From Octopus bimaculoides (Eukaryota), in contig NC_069001.1 in assembly GCF_001194135.2 (NCBI RefSeq), positions 24,489,352-24,553,351 of the forward strand: DNA of 64,000 nt, in the 5' to 3' direction. Below, piece by piece: positions 49,846-64,000 of the stretch (position 1 is its first letter; the number at the start of each line of letters is the position of its first letter). The notes beneath the pieces were generated by a model. It was given only the letters and a program-made list of their open reading frames with translations, made no database searches and had not been told where the DNA came from. Both the position numbers and the translations under genes were made by a program.

Positions 49846-50225
49846 GGCACAGGCGTGGCCGTGTGGTAAGAAGCTTGCTTCCCAAACACATAGTTCCGGG
49901 TTCAGTCCCACTGCGTGGCACCTTGGGCAAGTGTTTTCTACTATAGCCTCAGGTCGATCATAGCCTTGTGTGGGGATCTGGTAGACGGAAACCGAAAGAA
50001 GCGCATCATATATATATATATCTGTGCGTCTGTCTTCGTCCCTCTTCCATCGCTTGACAAACAATGTTGGTGTGTTTACGTCGCTGTAACTTAGCAGTTC
50101 AGCAAAAGGTACCGATAGAATAAGTACTAGAGTTACAAACAATAAGTCCTGGGGTCGATTAGCTCGACTAAAGGTGATGCTCCAGCATGGCCGCAGTGAA
50201 GTAACTGAAACAAGTAAAAGAAGAA
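49845..50225 (+). mobile_element. SINE family A full length
   Basis: GGCGTGGCCGTGTGGTAAGAAGCTTGCTTCCC...GAAACAAGTAAAAGAAG. Confidence 0.88.
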
Positions 50226-51403
50226 AAGAATACATATGTATATATATAAACTTATCATCGCAGCCGTACAACGTTGTAAAAGTCAACTAATATTTAACAC
50301 TTTGCTTAACGTGGAAATCACCGATGATACACTACGATAAACTCTTAATGTGTTATGAGAGTCACCAGTGACTTTTAGTGCTGATGTTTTTTATAGTTTT
50401 ACTTTACTGTAGTTCGAACAACATTATTCGAATTTTATGAAATGTGCAGAACACGTTTCTTTGTATTTCTCTGATCGTTTTCAATTTGAATCAATAGAAG
50501 CTGATTTAAGACCTGGAAAGACAATATGTCTTCGATAAATAAAGCAATGTCATTATGTATGCTTTATTGTTATGAAATTATTAGTGGAATATAGTACAAT
50601 TTCAATAAAAGTATGAAAAATAAAACTCTCCATTAACATTTGTGAAGTTAACATTATAAATTCAAAGTTTTTCAAGAAAACTTGTAAAACCATTGGAGCG
50701 CTGCCCTCCACAAAATATTCTATGTGGAAAGGAAGCCATTATGGCTTATATCATAAACCTCTGAGGTATAATCTGTAATAAAAAGCATGGATAAATGAAA
50801 AAAAATCATAAATGGAAGTATAATGGATATTTTAATGCTTTTTAACATGTGTAACATCGATGACTCCTGCACTACAGAAAAAAATCTAATATTCACGCTA
50901 CAAAGCAATATGGAAGTTTACGTCGTATGATTAGATACAACATATTTATTGTTAAACAATTAAAAATGCGTTATCTATAACAAAATTAGACAGCTGAAAT
51001 TGACAGTTAATCCTGGGTCACCTTTTATATATATGTAATTCGTTATGCCATGTGGGCAGTGTCTGACACATATATACACATACATACTTTTAACGACACA
51101 CGCACTCATTCACCCGCACACATGTACACGCGCGCAAGCAAGCACACAAGTGGTTCCGTGTAAGCCTATATGCATACATACCTGCTTACCTGCTTAAAAA
51201 AAGTCATGCTTGAAGCATTAATCTGTCGTCGGATGGAAATGAACATCAGCAAGGTATAGTACAAAATTTTACCTCCAATAACCTGCATAGAAATATCAAA
51301 ATCAACATTGACAACAATAATAAAATAACATTGAAATGAGTAATGCGATTAGACAAAAGGAAGACAAAGCGAAGAATAAACACCAGTTAAAATATGTAAC
51401 TTC

Positions 51404-51453
<50 letters not shown>

Positions 51454-53777
51454 CATATATATCTTAAATTTGTATAAATTATAATATTTATCTGAGCAGG
51501 GAGCGAGTCAAAAGACTAAGGAGTGTAAAAACAACCAGACTTCGGAAGAAAGAAAGAAAGAAAGAAAGAGAAAGAGAGGGAGGGGAAGAGGAAGGAGAGT
51601 TGGGAAGAAGGACAGAGAGCGAGAGTAGGGAGAGAAATGGGAGACACAATGAGAGTAAGAAAAAGAGAAGCACATATATAAACGTTTAGATAAAAATATC
51701 TCTATACCATATATACTCACACACACGTATGTGTACGTACATACATACATACATACATATATACACGCACATAAATACATACACAGACACAGGTACACAC
51801 ACGCACATACACACACACATATATTTAAACGCATAATGCACATGCTCATAAGCATATGCATGCTAGCGCGCGTGTGTGTATGCATATATAATTATAGAAA
51901 TATAGAATTTATTGAATGAGACTTCAGAAATGATCAAATTCCTTCCGGATTTGTAATAATTCGTAATCAGTTTTCGTTATTAACATATTTTAAGGGTGAT
52001 TAATTAAAGCTGTGCATTTATCATTTTTAAAGAGATCATCTTTTTTTTTTTTTTGTAGCAGGAATGGTAAGATAAATGGACTCGGATCTAGTTAATATGA
52101 GAGTCTCCTTTCATTACATGCTTAAATTCATTTGAGGGAATAATTATTTTCGGGCTGGTAGGAGACGACTATATTGATTCTGTTGCATTTATTTATGGGT
52201 TCTTCGTATTGAGGGCATAATTGCGACATTGTTCTGTGGCGTTACTTTAAATTAATTTTTCTATGGCGAGCTAGCAGAACTCTTAGGGCATCGGGCAAAA
52301 TGCTTACCAGTATTTCTTCCGGAAATTTGATTTCTAGGTTCAAATACCGCCGAGGTCGACTTTGCTATTCGTCTTTTGGGATTCGATGAAATAACTATTA
52401 ATTAGTTGAACATTGGGGTCAATGTAATATACTCGCTACTGTTCTGAAATTGATGGCCTTGTGTGAAAATTTAAAACCATCATTTTAAATCTGTATCTTG
52501 GCAGTCATTTTAAAACTAAAATATTGGTATCTTAGGAGAACGAAATACATAAGGAAATGTTACTGACCCTCTCAAATGTCAGACTCTATCATTATTGCTT
52601 TCTTTATTTAACATTTTACTTAACTTTGATCTCGGTATCAAGCTAATGGAAGTGAAGAATATTCAAAGATGTCAACAACATGTAAAAGAACGGATTGGCT
52701 GACGGCTCTTTGGATCACTAAGATTGAGGGTCGTAAATGATTGAATCAGAGATGGGTTTGGGTTAGACGAAGTAAAGTAATTTTATAGAGATTCTTATAT
52801 TGCTGTATTTAATAGCAACAAGAACAGAAATTAAGTGGCGGGGAGTTGTCGATTATATCTACAACAGTATATGGCTAATACTTTATATTATAACTTGGAT
52901 GGGCAAACGGCAAAGTGGACCATCTCAATTATACGTCATTTATACGCAAACCAGGCACCACACGTCACACAAGCAATCTAGTAATTCCATCACGTTCTAA
53001 CAAATTTTTAAGGGCATGCATAGACGCTATTAATTTCAATATAACTTCATTACACTCCCACATTGAATATGAGCAAACTTCAGCAAGTAACTTTACGGTC
53101 ATACCTTGTTTTAATCTTCAATGTCATTGAGGATAATTTTCTGGCGAGAGATCTTTAACAATTCAAGAATCTCATCTCAAACAGTGGCCCATTACTTTTG
53201 TACGAGAAAATCATTCAGGCCCCTACAATTACGACACTCTACAAAGTTCATAAGAGGTACATCATAGAGTATTGTTTCTTTATCAGGAACGAAGCTGTTT
53301 CTCGGGAATTCAAAGGCATTTCAGACTGTTTGGAAAAGGACATGAATCTGAGGCTCATATTTTATTGGATTCATCTATCCGCAGTTTCCATCGTTAATAT
53401 AATGACATTTGGTTTCGCAAAACGATGAAATTCTTCTTCGGTGAAAACCGGTCTTCCAGGGTAAAAAACAAATAACGATTTCTTAAGGAAACCATCCAAC
53501 CGAAAGGCTGGATGACCATCAGGCAAAAACAAGTTATAGAGTCTCTATCCAAGAAGTCAACAGTGCAGAACGCCGAACTTTGTCAAGCAAAAATATTTAG
53601 TCCAAAACGGAAAATACTTTTGATTAAAATAAGTGATATCACGAGATCTACCTACAACCAATCATAAGGTGAAGGGGTGCGTGCACTTTGAAATTGAGAA
53701 AAGAATCACATGTACCTCAACAGGAATTATTTTTTTTCCTTTCTCTCCACCTTTTTCTATGTCTTCCCCACCTTATA

Positions 53778-53808
<31 letters not shown>

Positions 53809-53997
53809 GCATGTATACATACATAGATCGGNNNNNNNNNNATATATATATATATATAAATGTACACATATATGTTCGTTTACGGGAAACGTTTTTGAGT
53901 GGGAGGCATATAAGAGCTGGTATTTTATTATGTCGTCTACAGCCTGATACCAACTTTCAATAGTAATTTTACAGGGTTGCACTGAGCTGTGCCGATA

Positions 53998-54897
<900 letters not shown>

Positions 54898-55866
54898 ACA
54901 CACGTATATATTTACACACACACACATATGTACATAGATGCATGCATATAATCACACGTGCTCTTCTTGGACTATTTCTTTCCTTCTTTCCCGATCTTTA
55001 CACTTTTCCCTTTCTGACGACGAGTCATGTCCGAGACGTTACGCTCCCTTTTATTTCACCTTAAACTCAGTGTCAACCTAACGCATTCACTGTGCACGTC
55101 CAGCCGAATTCTGTTGTTTTGTTTTTACCTTTATTTTCTATTTTTACTTCTATTTTACTTTCATTTTCTGTATATATATATATATNNNNNNNNNNNNNNN
55201 NNNNNNNNNNNNNNNNNNNNNNNNNNNNNNNNNNNNNNNNNNNNNNNNNNNNNNNNNNNNNNNNNNNNNNNNNNNNNNNNNNNNNNNNNNNNNNNNNNNN
55301 NNNNNNNNNNNNNNNNNNNNNNNNNNNNNNNNNNNNNNNNNNNNNNNNNNNNNNNNNNNNNNNNNNNNNNNNNNNNNNNNNNNNNNNNNNNNNNNNNNNN
55401 NNNNNNNNNNNNNNNNNNNNNNNNNNNNNNNNNNNNNNNNNNNNNNNNNNNNNNNNNNNNNNNNNNNNNNNNNNNNNNNNNNNNNNNNNNNNNNNNNNNN
55501 NNNNNNNNNNNNNNNNNNNNNNNNNNNNNNNNNNNNNNNNNNNNNNNNNNNNNNNNNNNNNNNNNNNNNNNNNNNNNNNNNNNNNNNNNNNNNNNNNNNN
55601 NNNNNNNNNNNNNNNNNNNNNNNNNNNNNNNNNNNNNNNNNNNNNNNNNNNNNNNNNNNNNNNNNNNNNNNNNNNNNNNNNNNNNNNNNNNNNNNNNNNN
55701 NNNNNNNNNNNNNNNNNNNNNNNNNNNNNNNNNNNNNNNNNNNNNNNNNNNNNNNNNNNNNNNNNNNNNNNNNNNNNNNNNNNNNNNNNNNNNNNNNNNN
55801 NNNNNNNNNGGAGTACTAAATATATAACGTATATATCTCAAGCCATGGATATTTTTATCTGCCTAC

Positions 55867-55914
<48 letters not shown>

Positions 55915-55915
<1 letters not shown>

Positions 55916-56130
55916 GTATTTCTTTATTGCTCACATGGGGCTAAACATAGAGGGGACAAACAAGGACAAACAGAGGGATTAAGGGGATTACATCGAGCCC
56001 AGTGCGTAACTGGTACTTGATTTATCGACCCCGAAAGGATGAAAGGCAAAGTCGACCTCGGCGGAATTTGAACTCAGAACGTAACGGCAGACGAAATACC
56101 GCTAAGCATTTCGCCCGGCGTGCTAACGTT
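55915..56130 (-). mobile_element. SINE family B near-consensus unit
   Basis: CGACCCCGAAAGGATGAAAGGCAAAGTCGACCTCGGCGGAATTTGAACTCAGAACG. Confidence 0.85.
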
Positions 56131-57076
56131 TCTATCTATCTATCTGTCTATCTATCTTTCCATTTCTCTCTATCTTTCCTCTCTTCTTTCTCTCTGTCTC
56201 ACTATCGGTTTCCATAAATACATAAACATGTGCGCACGTGTGTTGGTATATATATATATGTACACACACATGTGTGTATATATATATGAGAGTATAAGAG
56301 TGAAAGTAAGGGCGAATACAGTGAATGAGGACGGAAGGAGTCAATATTAGTAAAAGGAAGGAAGTATTAGGCTTGATGCAGGTCGGATGACAATGTGTCA
56401 AAGAGAATTACACGACATAAGTTGAAATGGTCGACTTTTGACCGTGTAACCACGAAAGGCAAGAATAATAGAGAAATATTTGTAATGGTGGACGATGTCT
56501 TATAGAAAGTACCAGTTTATTACACCCGTAAAGAAATGTTAACGACGAAAAATAAATAATCGTAAGAAATGCTAAGCCATAACTGATTATTCTGCTGATC
56601 GAATATGGTTGTTCTTCCTGGTGATTGCCTCATAATACCGCTTCGTCATCAAACTCAGCCTAAAGTAAACCTAATATACAACCGACACCATTTGTTGGAG
56701 AGGTTGGGGAAGTAAAAAAAGGAGGGTGAAATATTGTATTGTTTTATTTCTTTTATTTCTTTTACTTGTTTCAGTCATTTGAATGCGGTCATGCTGGAGC
56801 ATCGCCATCAAGTGTTTTAGTCGAGCAAATCGGCCTCCAGGACTCGTCTTTAAAGCTTATCACTTATTCTATCTGTCTCTCATGCTGAGCCGCTTGGTTA
56901 CGGGGACGTAAACACATCAACACCAGTTGTCAAGTGCTGATGGAAGGATACACGCAGGCACATGGACATACCCACAGATATATAAATACACACACACACA
57001 TACACACACTCAAACACGCATACATACACAGAGTATTGCAGGCACAGACACACACACATACAAACATCACTCATAC

Positions 57077-57117
<41 letters not shown>

Positions 57118-58282
57118 GAGAGAGAGTATCGCAGGCACAGACATACACCCACATACCTCCATATTACAAAAACTCGTTTATGGCCAAAACATCCGCGTTT
57201 CCAATGACAAATCAAGAAATCAATAATTAAAAAAACAACAACGGCAAAACGGTGGGGGGGCAGGGGGTGGAAACAGCCACAAAAACAACAAAATTATAGA
57301 AATTAACCGAGAGAGNNNNNNNNNNNNNNNNNNNNNNNNNNNNNNNNNNNNNNNNNNNNNNNNNNNNNNNNNNNNNNNNNNNNNNNNNNNNNNNNNNNNN
57401 NNNNNNNNNNNNNNNNNNNNNNNNNNNNNNNNNNNNNNNNNNNNNNNNNNNNNNNNNNNNNNNNNNNNNNNNNNNNNNNNNNNNNNNNNNNNNNNNNNNN
57501 NNNNNNNNNNNNNNNNNNNNNNNNNNNNNNNNNNNNNNNNNNNNNNNNNNNNNNNNNNNNNNNNNNNNNNNNNATTAAATGTCCACTTTAGTCGTCATCG
57601 TTATATATAAACATATATATATATATATATATTTCAAATTTACAGAAAACCAAAGGACGAAGCCAGGTCGGGGAACAACAAGCAAGTGTATTAGTTTAAC
57701 GATTAGGAAAAATGGAAAAGTCTTTTACGTTTCGAACCTTCGCTCTTTAACAGAAAGGTCTGAGAGGAAAAAAATGGATAGGGAACGGAAGGAAAAGAAC
57801 AGAGAGAGAAAAATAAAAATATGCAGGGATTATATAAATAAACACGACGGTCTTCTTTCAGTTTCCGTCTACCAAATCCATTCACAAGGCTTTGGTCGGC
57901 TTGAAGCTACCATATAGAACACTTGTCCAAAGTGCCACGTAGTGGGACTGAATCCAGAACGATTTGGCTTGGAAGGAAGCTTCTTACCACACAGCCACGC
58001 CTGCACCTGTATCAAAATAGATGAGGGGGAAGTTAATTTCAATAAAGTTAAGAGATGTTAAAAAATACTTACGAACAAGACAAATGAAGGTGAAAAAGTA
58101 AAAAAAAACTGAAAAAAATTGAAAAAATGAAAATGTGTGAAAGGGTGAGATTTTTAACGGATTACATTAGCTTTAAAAACCCCCTTAAGTACGAGATTAG
58201 GACTGGAGTTGATGGATTTGACTTAACATCGCCGCGAAATTGCTGAACTTGCGGCAGAATTTGAAACTAACATGGCATTTAC

Positions 58283-58315
<33 letters not shown>

Positions 58316-59035
58316 TGTATGTATGCATACATGTATGTATTTGTATGTATGTGCATATATGTATGTCTTTGTATGTGTGTGTGCGTGTGTGTGATTACTC
58401 AGACCTCGAATAAATGCTTTCGGTCTTTCTCTATTTCAACTTTCGATTCCTTTTCTTAACATCAAACAGCAAACTGTACATCTTCAATTTCCACTACCTT
58501 TTACCTTTAGGCCAGTCTCTCATCACTTATTCTTCTAACATGTTCTTCAGTCTTTCGTTTTAATCTCTTGAATACAGTAAATAATATTCTTATAATTTAC
58601 TCGATATTTACACATTATTTAAGATTAGAATATGCTCGCATTTTACTCGGTGTTGCAGGGGCTGAAATGGAGTTATAAATGAAACCTGTTTTCAATAGAA
58701 GCATCTACGGGTTCAACTATACTAAATATTGGTCCTCTGTTGGTTACGAAGATGAGTGTTCCAACTGATTCGACCAATGCCATGACCTGCTCGTGAAATT
58801 AACGTCTAAGTGGCTGAGCACTCCACAGGCACACATACACTTAACGTAGTTCTCCGAAAGATTCAGCATGATAGAGAATGTGATAAGGCCGACCGGCCCT
58901 TTGAAATACTCGTATGGTTCATTTTTACCAGCTGGAGCAACACTTGGGCAAGTGTCTTCTACTATCGCCTCGTGCCGAGCAAAGCCTTGTGAGTGGATGT
59001 GGTAGACGGAAACTGAAAGAAACACCCATCGTGTG

Positions 59036-59074
<39 letters not shown>

Positions 59075-59711
59075 NNNNNNNNNNNNNNNNNNNNNNNNNN
59101 NNNNNNNNNNNNNNNNNNNNNNNNNNNNNNNNNNNNNNNNNNNNNNNNNNNNNNNNNNNNNNNNNNNNNNNNNNNNNNNNNNNNNNNNNNNNNNNNNNNN
59201 NNNNNNNNNNNNNNNNNNNNNNNNNNNNNNNNNNNNNNNNNNNNNNNNNNNNNNNNNNNNNNNNNNNNNNNNNNNNNNNNNNNNNNNNNNNNNNNNNNNN
59301 NNNNNNNNNNNNNNNNNNNNNNNNNNNNNNNNNNNNNNNNNNNNNNNNNNNNNNNNNNNNNNNNNNNNNNNNNNNNNNNNNNNNNNNNNNNNNNNNNNNN
59401 NNNNNNNNNNNNNNNNNNNNNNNNNNNNNNNNNNNNNNNNNNNNNNNNNNNNNNNNNNNNNNNNNNNNNNNNNNNNNNNNNNNNNNNNNNNNNNNNNNNN
59501 NNNNNNNNNNNNNNNNNNNNNNNNNNNNNNNNNNNNNNNNNNNNNNNNNNNNNNNNNNNNNNNNNNNNNNNNNNNNNNNNNNNNNNNNNNNNNNNNNNNN
59601 NNNNNNNNNNNNNNNNNNNNNNNNNNNNNNNNNNNNNNNNNNNNNNNNNNNNNNNNNNNNNNNNNNNNNNNNNNNNNNNNNNNNNNNNNNNNNNNNNNNN
59701 NNNNNNNNNNN

Positions 59712-59760
<49 letters not shown>

Positions 59761-59905
59761 TTGTATGTATTTGTTTGGCTGTAGTCAAATGACTGACACA
59801 AATAAGATAATAAAAGTCTCTCTATATATGCATATATATATACATACATACATGCATACATACATACATATAAATATGCATGTGCGCGCGTGGGTGGATG
59901 TAACA

Positions 59906-60123
59906 CAGAAATCTCTCGACTATCGCGGGTGCTATGTTCGCAAAACCCCAGCGATAGGTGAAAATCCGTGAAGAAGAAATAGTACTGTGTATTTTTTAAA
60001 ACTATTTTTATAATTTGTATATATTTATTTCATTATAAATGCAAAACAACACCACAAAGGAATCGACAAAAGCTTTAATAATAAACCACGATAGGTGAAC
60101 CGCGATATGGCGAGGGATTACTG
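59906..60123. mobile_element. pogo/Tigger-like MITE
   Basis: TIRs CAGAAATCTCTCGACTATCGCGG / CCGCGATATGGCGAGGGATTACTG; TA on the right, CA on the left. Confidence 0.8.
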
Positions 60124-60289
60124 TATGACGGCTCTTTTTTCTGTACAAAGGCGGCAGACAATCAAAAACTTTTCATTGGTGCTAATGTATAATGAGCCCG
60201 CTAGAACACGATAAGTTAATCCCAGCCGTTTTAATGGACTTTATTGAAATTCGGAACTTGAAATTGGGAGGTGTGTTCAATATCTAAGT

Positions 60290-62140
60290 CAGGAATGAGT
60301 GGTGGAGACATACCAAACTGCTTTCAGTTTCTTCTGTTCAGCCAAGATGTAAAAGATTCCATCTTCTGTTACTCTTCTATAAGAGCACCATGTGGATCGT
60401 TTGAATAATACTGGACGCTCTGATGATGTTCGAATCAATGGTTTAGAGGGATCGCTGTTTGTTAACCAGACCAATAAGCATGTCTTGCAAGATTCCTCAG
60501 TTGCAATTCTACTGCATACGTATGACAACAAACTGGTTTATATATTTGGCAGTTAGTAATCCAATGCATCGCTTTACTAAGTTTTAAATGGAAAACCACA
60601 GCGATGATATTACGTTTACGATTGTATGATTGCCATTAAAAGATCTTTTCTAGATTTTCTTTCCGTTTAGAGTTGCAGGTGAAAGTAATAAACTCTGATC
60701 TGCCTGAAGTGCCGTTCAGAATTCATTGTCTTCTGTGTTAGATTGTGAATGCATTGAAAGCTACCAGGGAAAGTCAAAGGAAGAATGCAAACTGAACATG
60801 AACCCTTAGTTCTATCATTATTGATTGAATCTTGCATCTTGAAGATGCATGCGTATATCTGAGACTTTATTTAATTCGGCTCAGCAATGTTCTAACGTAG
60901 AGCAGTCTCTTAGATTGTATTTTAGCAAGCGTATTCATTGTACACCGGTTGACAAGAATTTGACCTCAATGCAGATTCTTGGATGAATTGCCGCAAGGAA
61001 AGGACAGGATGTAAATCTATGCGTGAAACTGATTCTGATGAATTTAATTTGGTTTGTGTTAATTCACAATGATACTGTCTTAAGGAAAATACTATACCAA
61101 CGTATTACAGGATCTACTTTATTTACATTTTGGATATTATCTTTGGACGTCACTATGATGTTTTTGTCATGGAGATCTCTACAGATGTTGGTAGATACCT
61201 GCTGCATTTAAGATGCATTGAAACGACAAACATCTTTCTTGATTGGCTTTGGATTCATCAATGACAAACTCAAAGGTGGATGCAGATTCTAAAGTATATT
61301 TGCTGCTCACAGCAGAAATCATCTTTGCATTGAAAGACCCCTTAAGAATTTTTTCTTGTAGCTGGAAAGACAACGTTTTATATTATAGAGCAGTTTCCAG
61401 CAAAGTACAGCCTCTCTAGCCGGAAACGTGCAGCAGCTGTACTAAGAAAGAGCTGATAAAATTTCTAATTTTGAGCAAAATTTGCTCTTATTCTTTAATA
61501 GAAGGCATTATCCTATCTTATCTAATGTATTACTGCCAAAGGAAGTCATTTGTATTTCTTTATGTTCTGCGAGAAATAAGAGGATTTCTATAAATAACAG
61601 TAAAAAGGTAGCTAGAGCGTTGCAGTAGAGCAACAAGAACTGATAGTTTTTCTTAGAGCATTATATTACTACCGTCAACTCTTTTTATTTCTTGGGTAAA
61701 TATAATTTTCATAAATTCAAGTCGCGCTGCCAACTGAGACAATTTTTTTTTCAGTGGCGTAGTCACATCCATATTTATAACTGAAGGTGCCTTTCTTCAA
61801 TTGCTCATGTGTTTACTGCTCAGAGCTAACCTCTGCTTGTATTGCCGTTTTTGCTTTCCGTCTGGTGTGGCGAAATTCTGGGTGTACATGATATACATGT
61901 AAACCAATCTAGCAATACTGTTAAAGTTCTGTCATCCATCAATTGTCTCCAACTGTCGGGTGTTGGTTCTGTTCAAGGCGAGCTTCATTGTTTGTCTCAA
62001 GAGGAGTTCAAAGTGTATAGAACGCAGCTGATAGATTCGTTTTCATTGCTCATTTATGTTTTATTGATATCAAAGCACAACTGTGACTGGAAGAAGAGGA
62101 AGTTAAAAATATAGAGACATCTTTTCCATGACATTGTTAC
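60290..62140 (-). mobile_element. Decayed Helitron RepHel fragment (N-terminal region and Rep domain)
   Basis: IQMTSFG; RFNA..QV..NI.....NIIV; ILPLTFPGS; SEFITFTCNSK...IIAVVFHLKLSKAM..IT..QIY....HTYAVELQLRNL.H match Helitron FQMTSFG, RYNAP, ILPSSFTGSPR and FITFTCNP...YxIEWQKRGLPH motifs. Confidence 0.85.
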
Positions 62141-62515
62141 TAGAAACACCACTCGGAGCGAGTCACTCATACACACGGGGGAGGACTTTATTTTGTTGTG
62201 ACCATAAGGATACGCGTGCGAGTGCACACACACACATACACATACACACAGAGAAACATACACACACAAGCACACTTACACATCACAGAAATAATGTCGT
62301 GTACAGATATACATACGTACATTCATAGATACATAGATACATAAAGATAAATAAACGAACATTTATGCACACATACATACATACGTACACTCATACATAC
62401 GTACATACATACATACATTCATACATACAAACATACATACACACATACATACATACAAACATACATACGTGCATGCATACATACATACATACATACATTC
62501 ATACATACGTACATA

Positions 62516-62692
62516 CGAGGGGGTTCTGAAAAGTTTCTGGCTTCAAGGGTATCATGAAAGGTCTGGCTGGAGGCCCCGCCTTCCGAGTTCTTTTACAGAG
62601 CATAGAGAAACTGCAATAAGTGTGTGAATCTTAAAGTAGAATATATTGACAAAATCATAATTAACTGACTCTCCTCTATTTTCTTATATATA
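62516..62692 (+). mobile_element. Mariner-type MITE fragment
   Basis: TA|CGAGGGGGTTCTGAAAAGTTTCTGGC terminus. Confidence 0.65.
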
Positions 62693-62910
62693 GATATATG
62701 TATATTTGTGTGTATATATATATATATATATATATANNNNNNNNNNNNNNNNNNNNNNNNNNNNNNNNNNNNNNNNNNNNNNNNNNNNNNNNNNNNNNNN
62801 NNNNNNNNNNNNNNNNNNNNNNNNNNNNNNNNNNNNNNNNNNNNNNNAGAAGAAGCCATGGATGTTGTAGCATGGAAATTTAAATTTACTTACGGATACA
62901 GCAACTGAGT

Positions 62911-63032
62911 ATCGCCTGAGGAGATACATATAGATCTTTTTATACAGGTAAATCATTACATAATTTAATTTAAACTTAACTTTAAATCCTGTATATACGA
63001 AGATCTGTATGTATCGAAATATTTGTAGCGAT
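62911..63032 (+). ncRNA. Type I hammerhead ribozyme-like motif with 14-bp stem II
   Basis: AUCGC CUGAGGA GAUACAUAUAGAUC...GAUCUGUAUGUAUC GAAAU AUUU GUA GCGAU. Confidence 0.85.
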
Positions 63033-63117
63033 TAAAAAGGTGTCTAACCGTACTTACTCTTCCTTTTGGCTCTTTTACTTTATACGTTTTAATATATATA
63101 TATATATATATAAGGCC

Positions 63118-64000
63118 ACGAATGACCCGCCCTTTTTTCTGTCCCTTTAATTGTCGTTTCTCCTGTCCGCCTTTGCATCGTCTATTTCTCCGGATTTTTC
63201 ATTGTCTTCTATTGCGTTTTCGTTCTAATTTTTTTAAATATTTATATATACACATAGCGGCGCACGTGCATCTTTACTCAGCTTATAGTGTGTAGCTAAA
63301 CTTTGTACGATTCTTTTACCCTGTCTTTTAGTTCCCTCATAATTTCTTCCTCTTTATTTTTCTCGCTCTCCCTCTCTCACATTTCTTGGCCCTTCTTTCT
63401 TTAACACATACTTTTCCTCCTCGTTTACTTCCCCTATACATTTCCCTTTGTCACTTTGATTTCTTTCCAATCCTTTAATCCCGCTGCCCCTACCCTTTCT
63501 CCTCCCTCCAAGTTTCCGTTGTTCGGCCAACCATGATCTTTCTTTCTTGGCTCGACTGCCGACCACCAACACCTCTTGTGTCCATCTCCTATGTTCCTAC
63601 CTTAAGGCTTTCACTTTATACACGCCAGCTCAATTTGAATCGTCCTCAGTCGAAAGACACCTGTTGTTATATCCTTATTGAATTTGTAATTATGTACCAT
63701 GTTCTCCGTTTTTTTGTCTTTATTGAACACATTCACTAGCTTTCATACAAAAAATCTAACGCTCTAAGCTTAGGTAACCGGATCGAACGCTCTTAGCTTG
63801 GACAACCAGATCGAACAGTCTCAAGTGTAACTGTCCGAAAATGTAAGGACATCTGGTAACTTGAATGACGAAAGAAAGTCACGAATGACCCAGCTTTTTT
63901 GTTTCTGTCCCTCCAGTTATTGTGTTTTTCCTATCCGCCTTTGTGTCGTCTATCTGTCCGGATGTTTTATTGTTCTCTATTGCGTTTTTGTTCCATTTAT
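63118..64000 (+). repeat. Dispersed direct repeat pair (63118-63235 and 63878-64000) bracketing a pyrimidine-rich segment
   Basis: GAATGACCC...TTTCTGTCCCT...TCCGCCTTTG..TCGTCTAT...CCGGAT...CTATTGCGTTTT occurs twice. Confidence 0.7.

Noticed and set aside
58914-59971. Long ORFs (200-395 aa) here and at 6962, 15409, 18542, 36088, 46074, 49099 and 55027
   Set aside because: Made of N gaps and dinucleotide repeats (YI/CV/TH runs); not coding
61179-61373. FVIDES motif suggesting a hAT transposase
   Set aside because: The surrounding ordered motifs identify the region as Helitron; the match is coincidental

Overview
Repeat-saturated eukaryotic DNA with many assembly gaps (N runs), dense (TA)n/(CA)n/(TAA)n/(GAT)n microsatellites and several tRNA-headed SINE families. 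The repeat complement looks like that of an octopus (coleoid cephalopod) genome; this is an inference from family resemblance. I found no convincing host protein-coding exon, rRNA, intact tRNA or CRISPR array, and almost all ORFs in the track are microsatellite or gap artefacts. Recognisable coding remnants are all decayed mobile elements: two Penelope-like (GIY-YIG) pieces, an internally deleted Tx1/L1-like element, four R4/Dong-like and one CRE-like REL-endonuclease retrotransposon fragments, Tc1 and DD37D (maT-like) transposases, mariner/pogo/hAT MITEs and a Helitron Rep fragment. Two things stand out. (1) Eight type I hammerhead-ribozyme-like motifs from about six unrelated repeat families. 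Most have a long stem II, five have a palindromic stem III, several sit in fold-back structures, and one lies directly 3' of a Penelope ORF. (2) A Penelope-like GIY-YIG endonuclease whose GIY and YIG halves are separated by an in-frame spacer of about 197 codons that is Thr/Ser/Asp-rich and internally duplicated.
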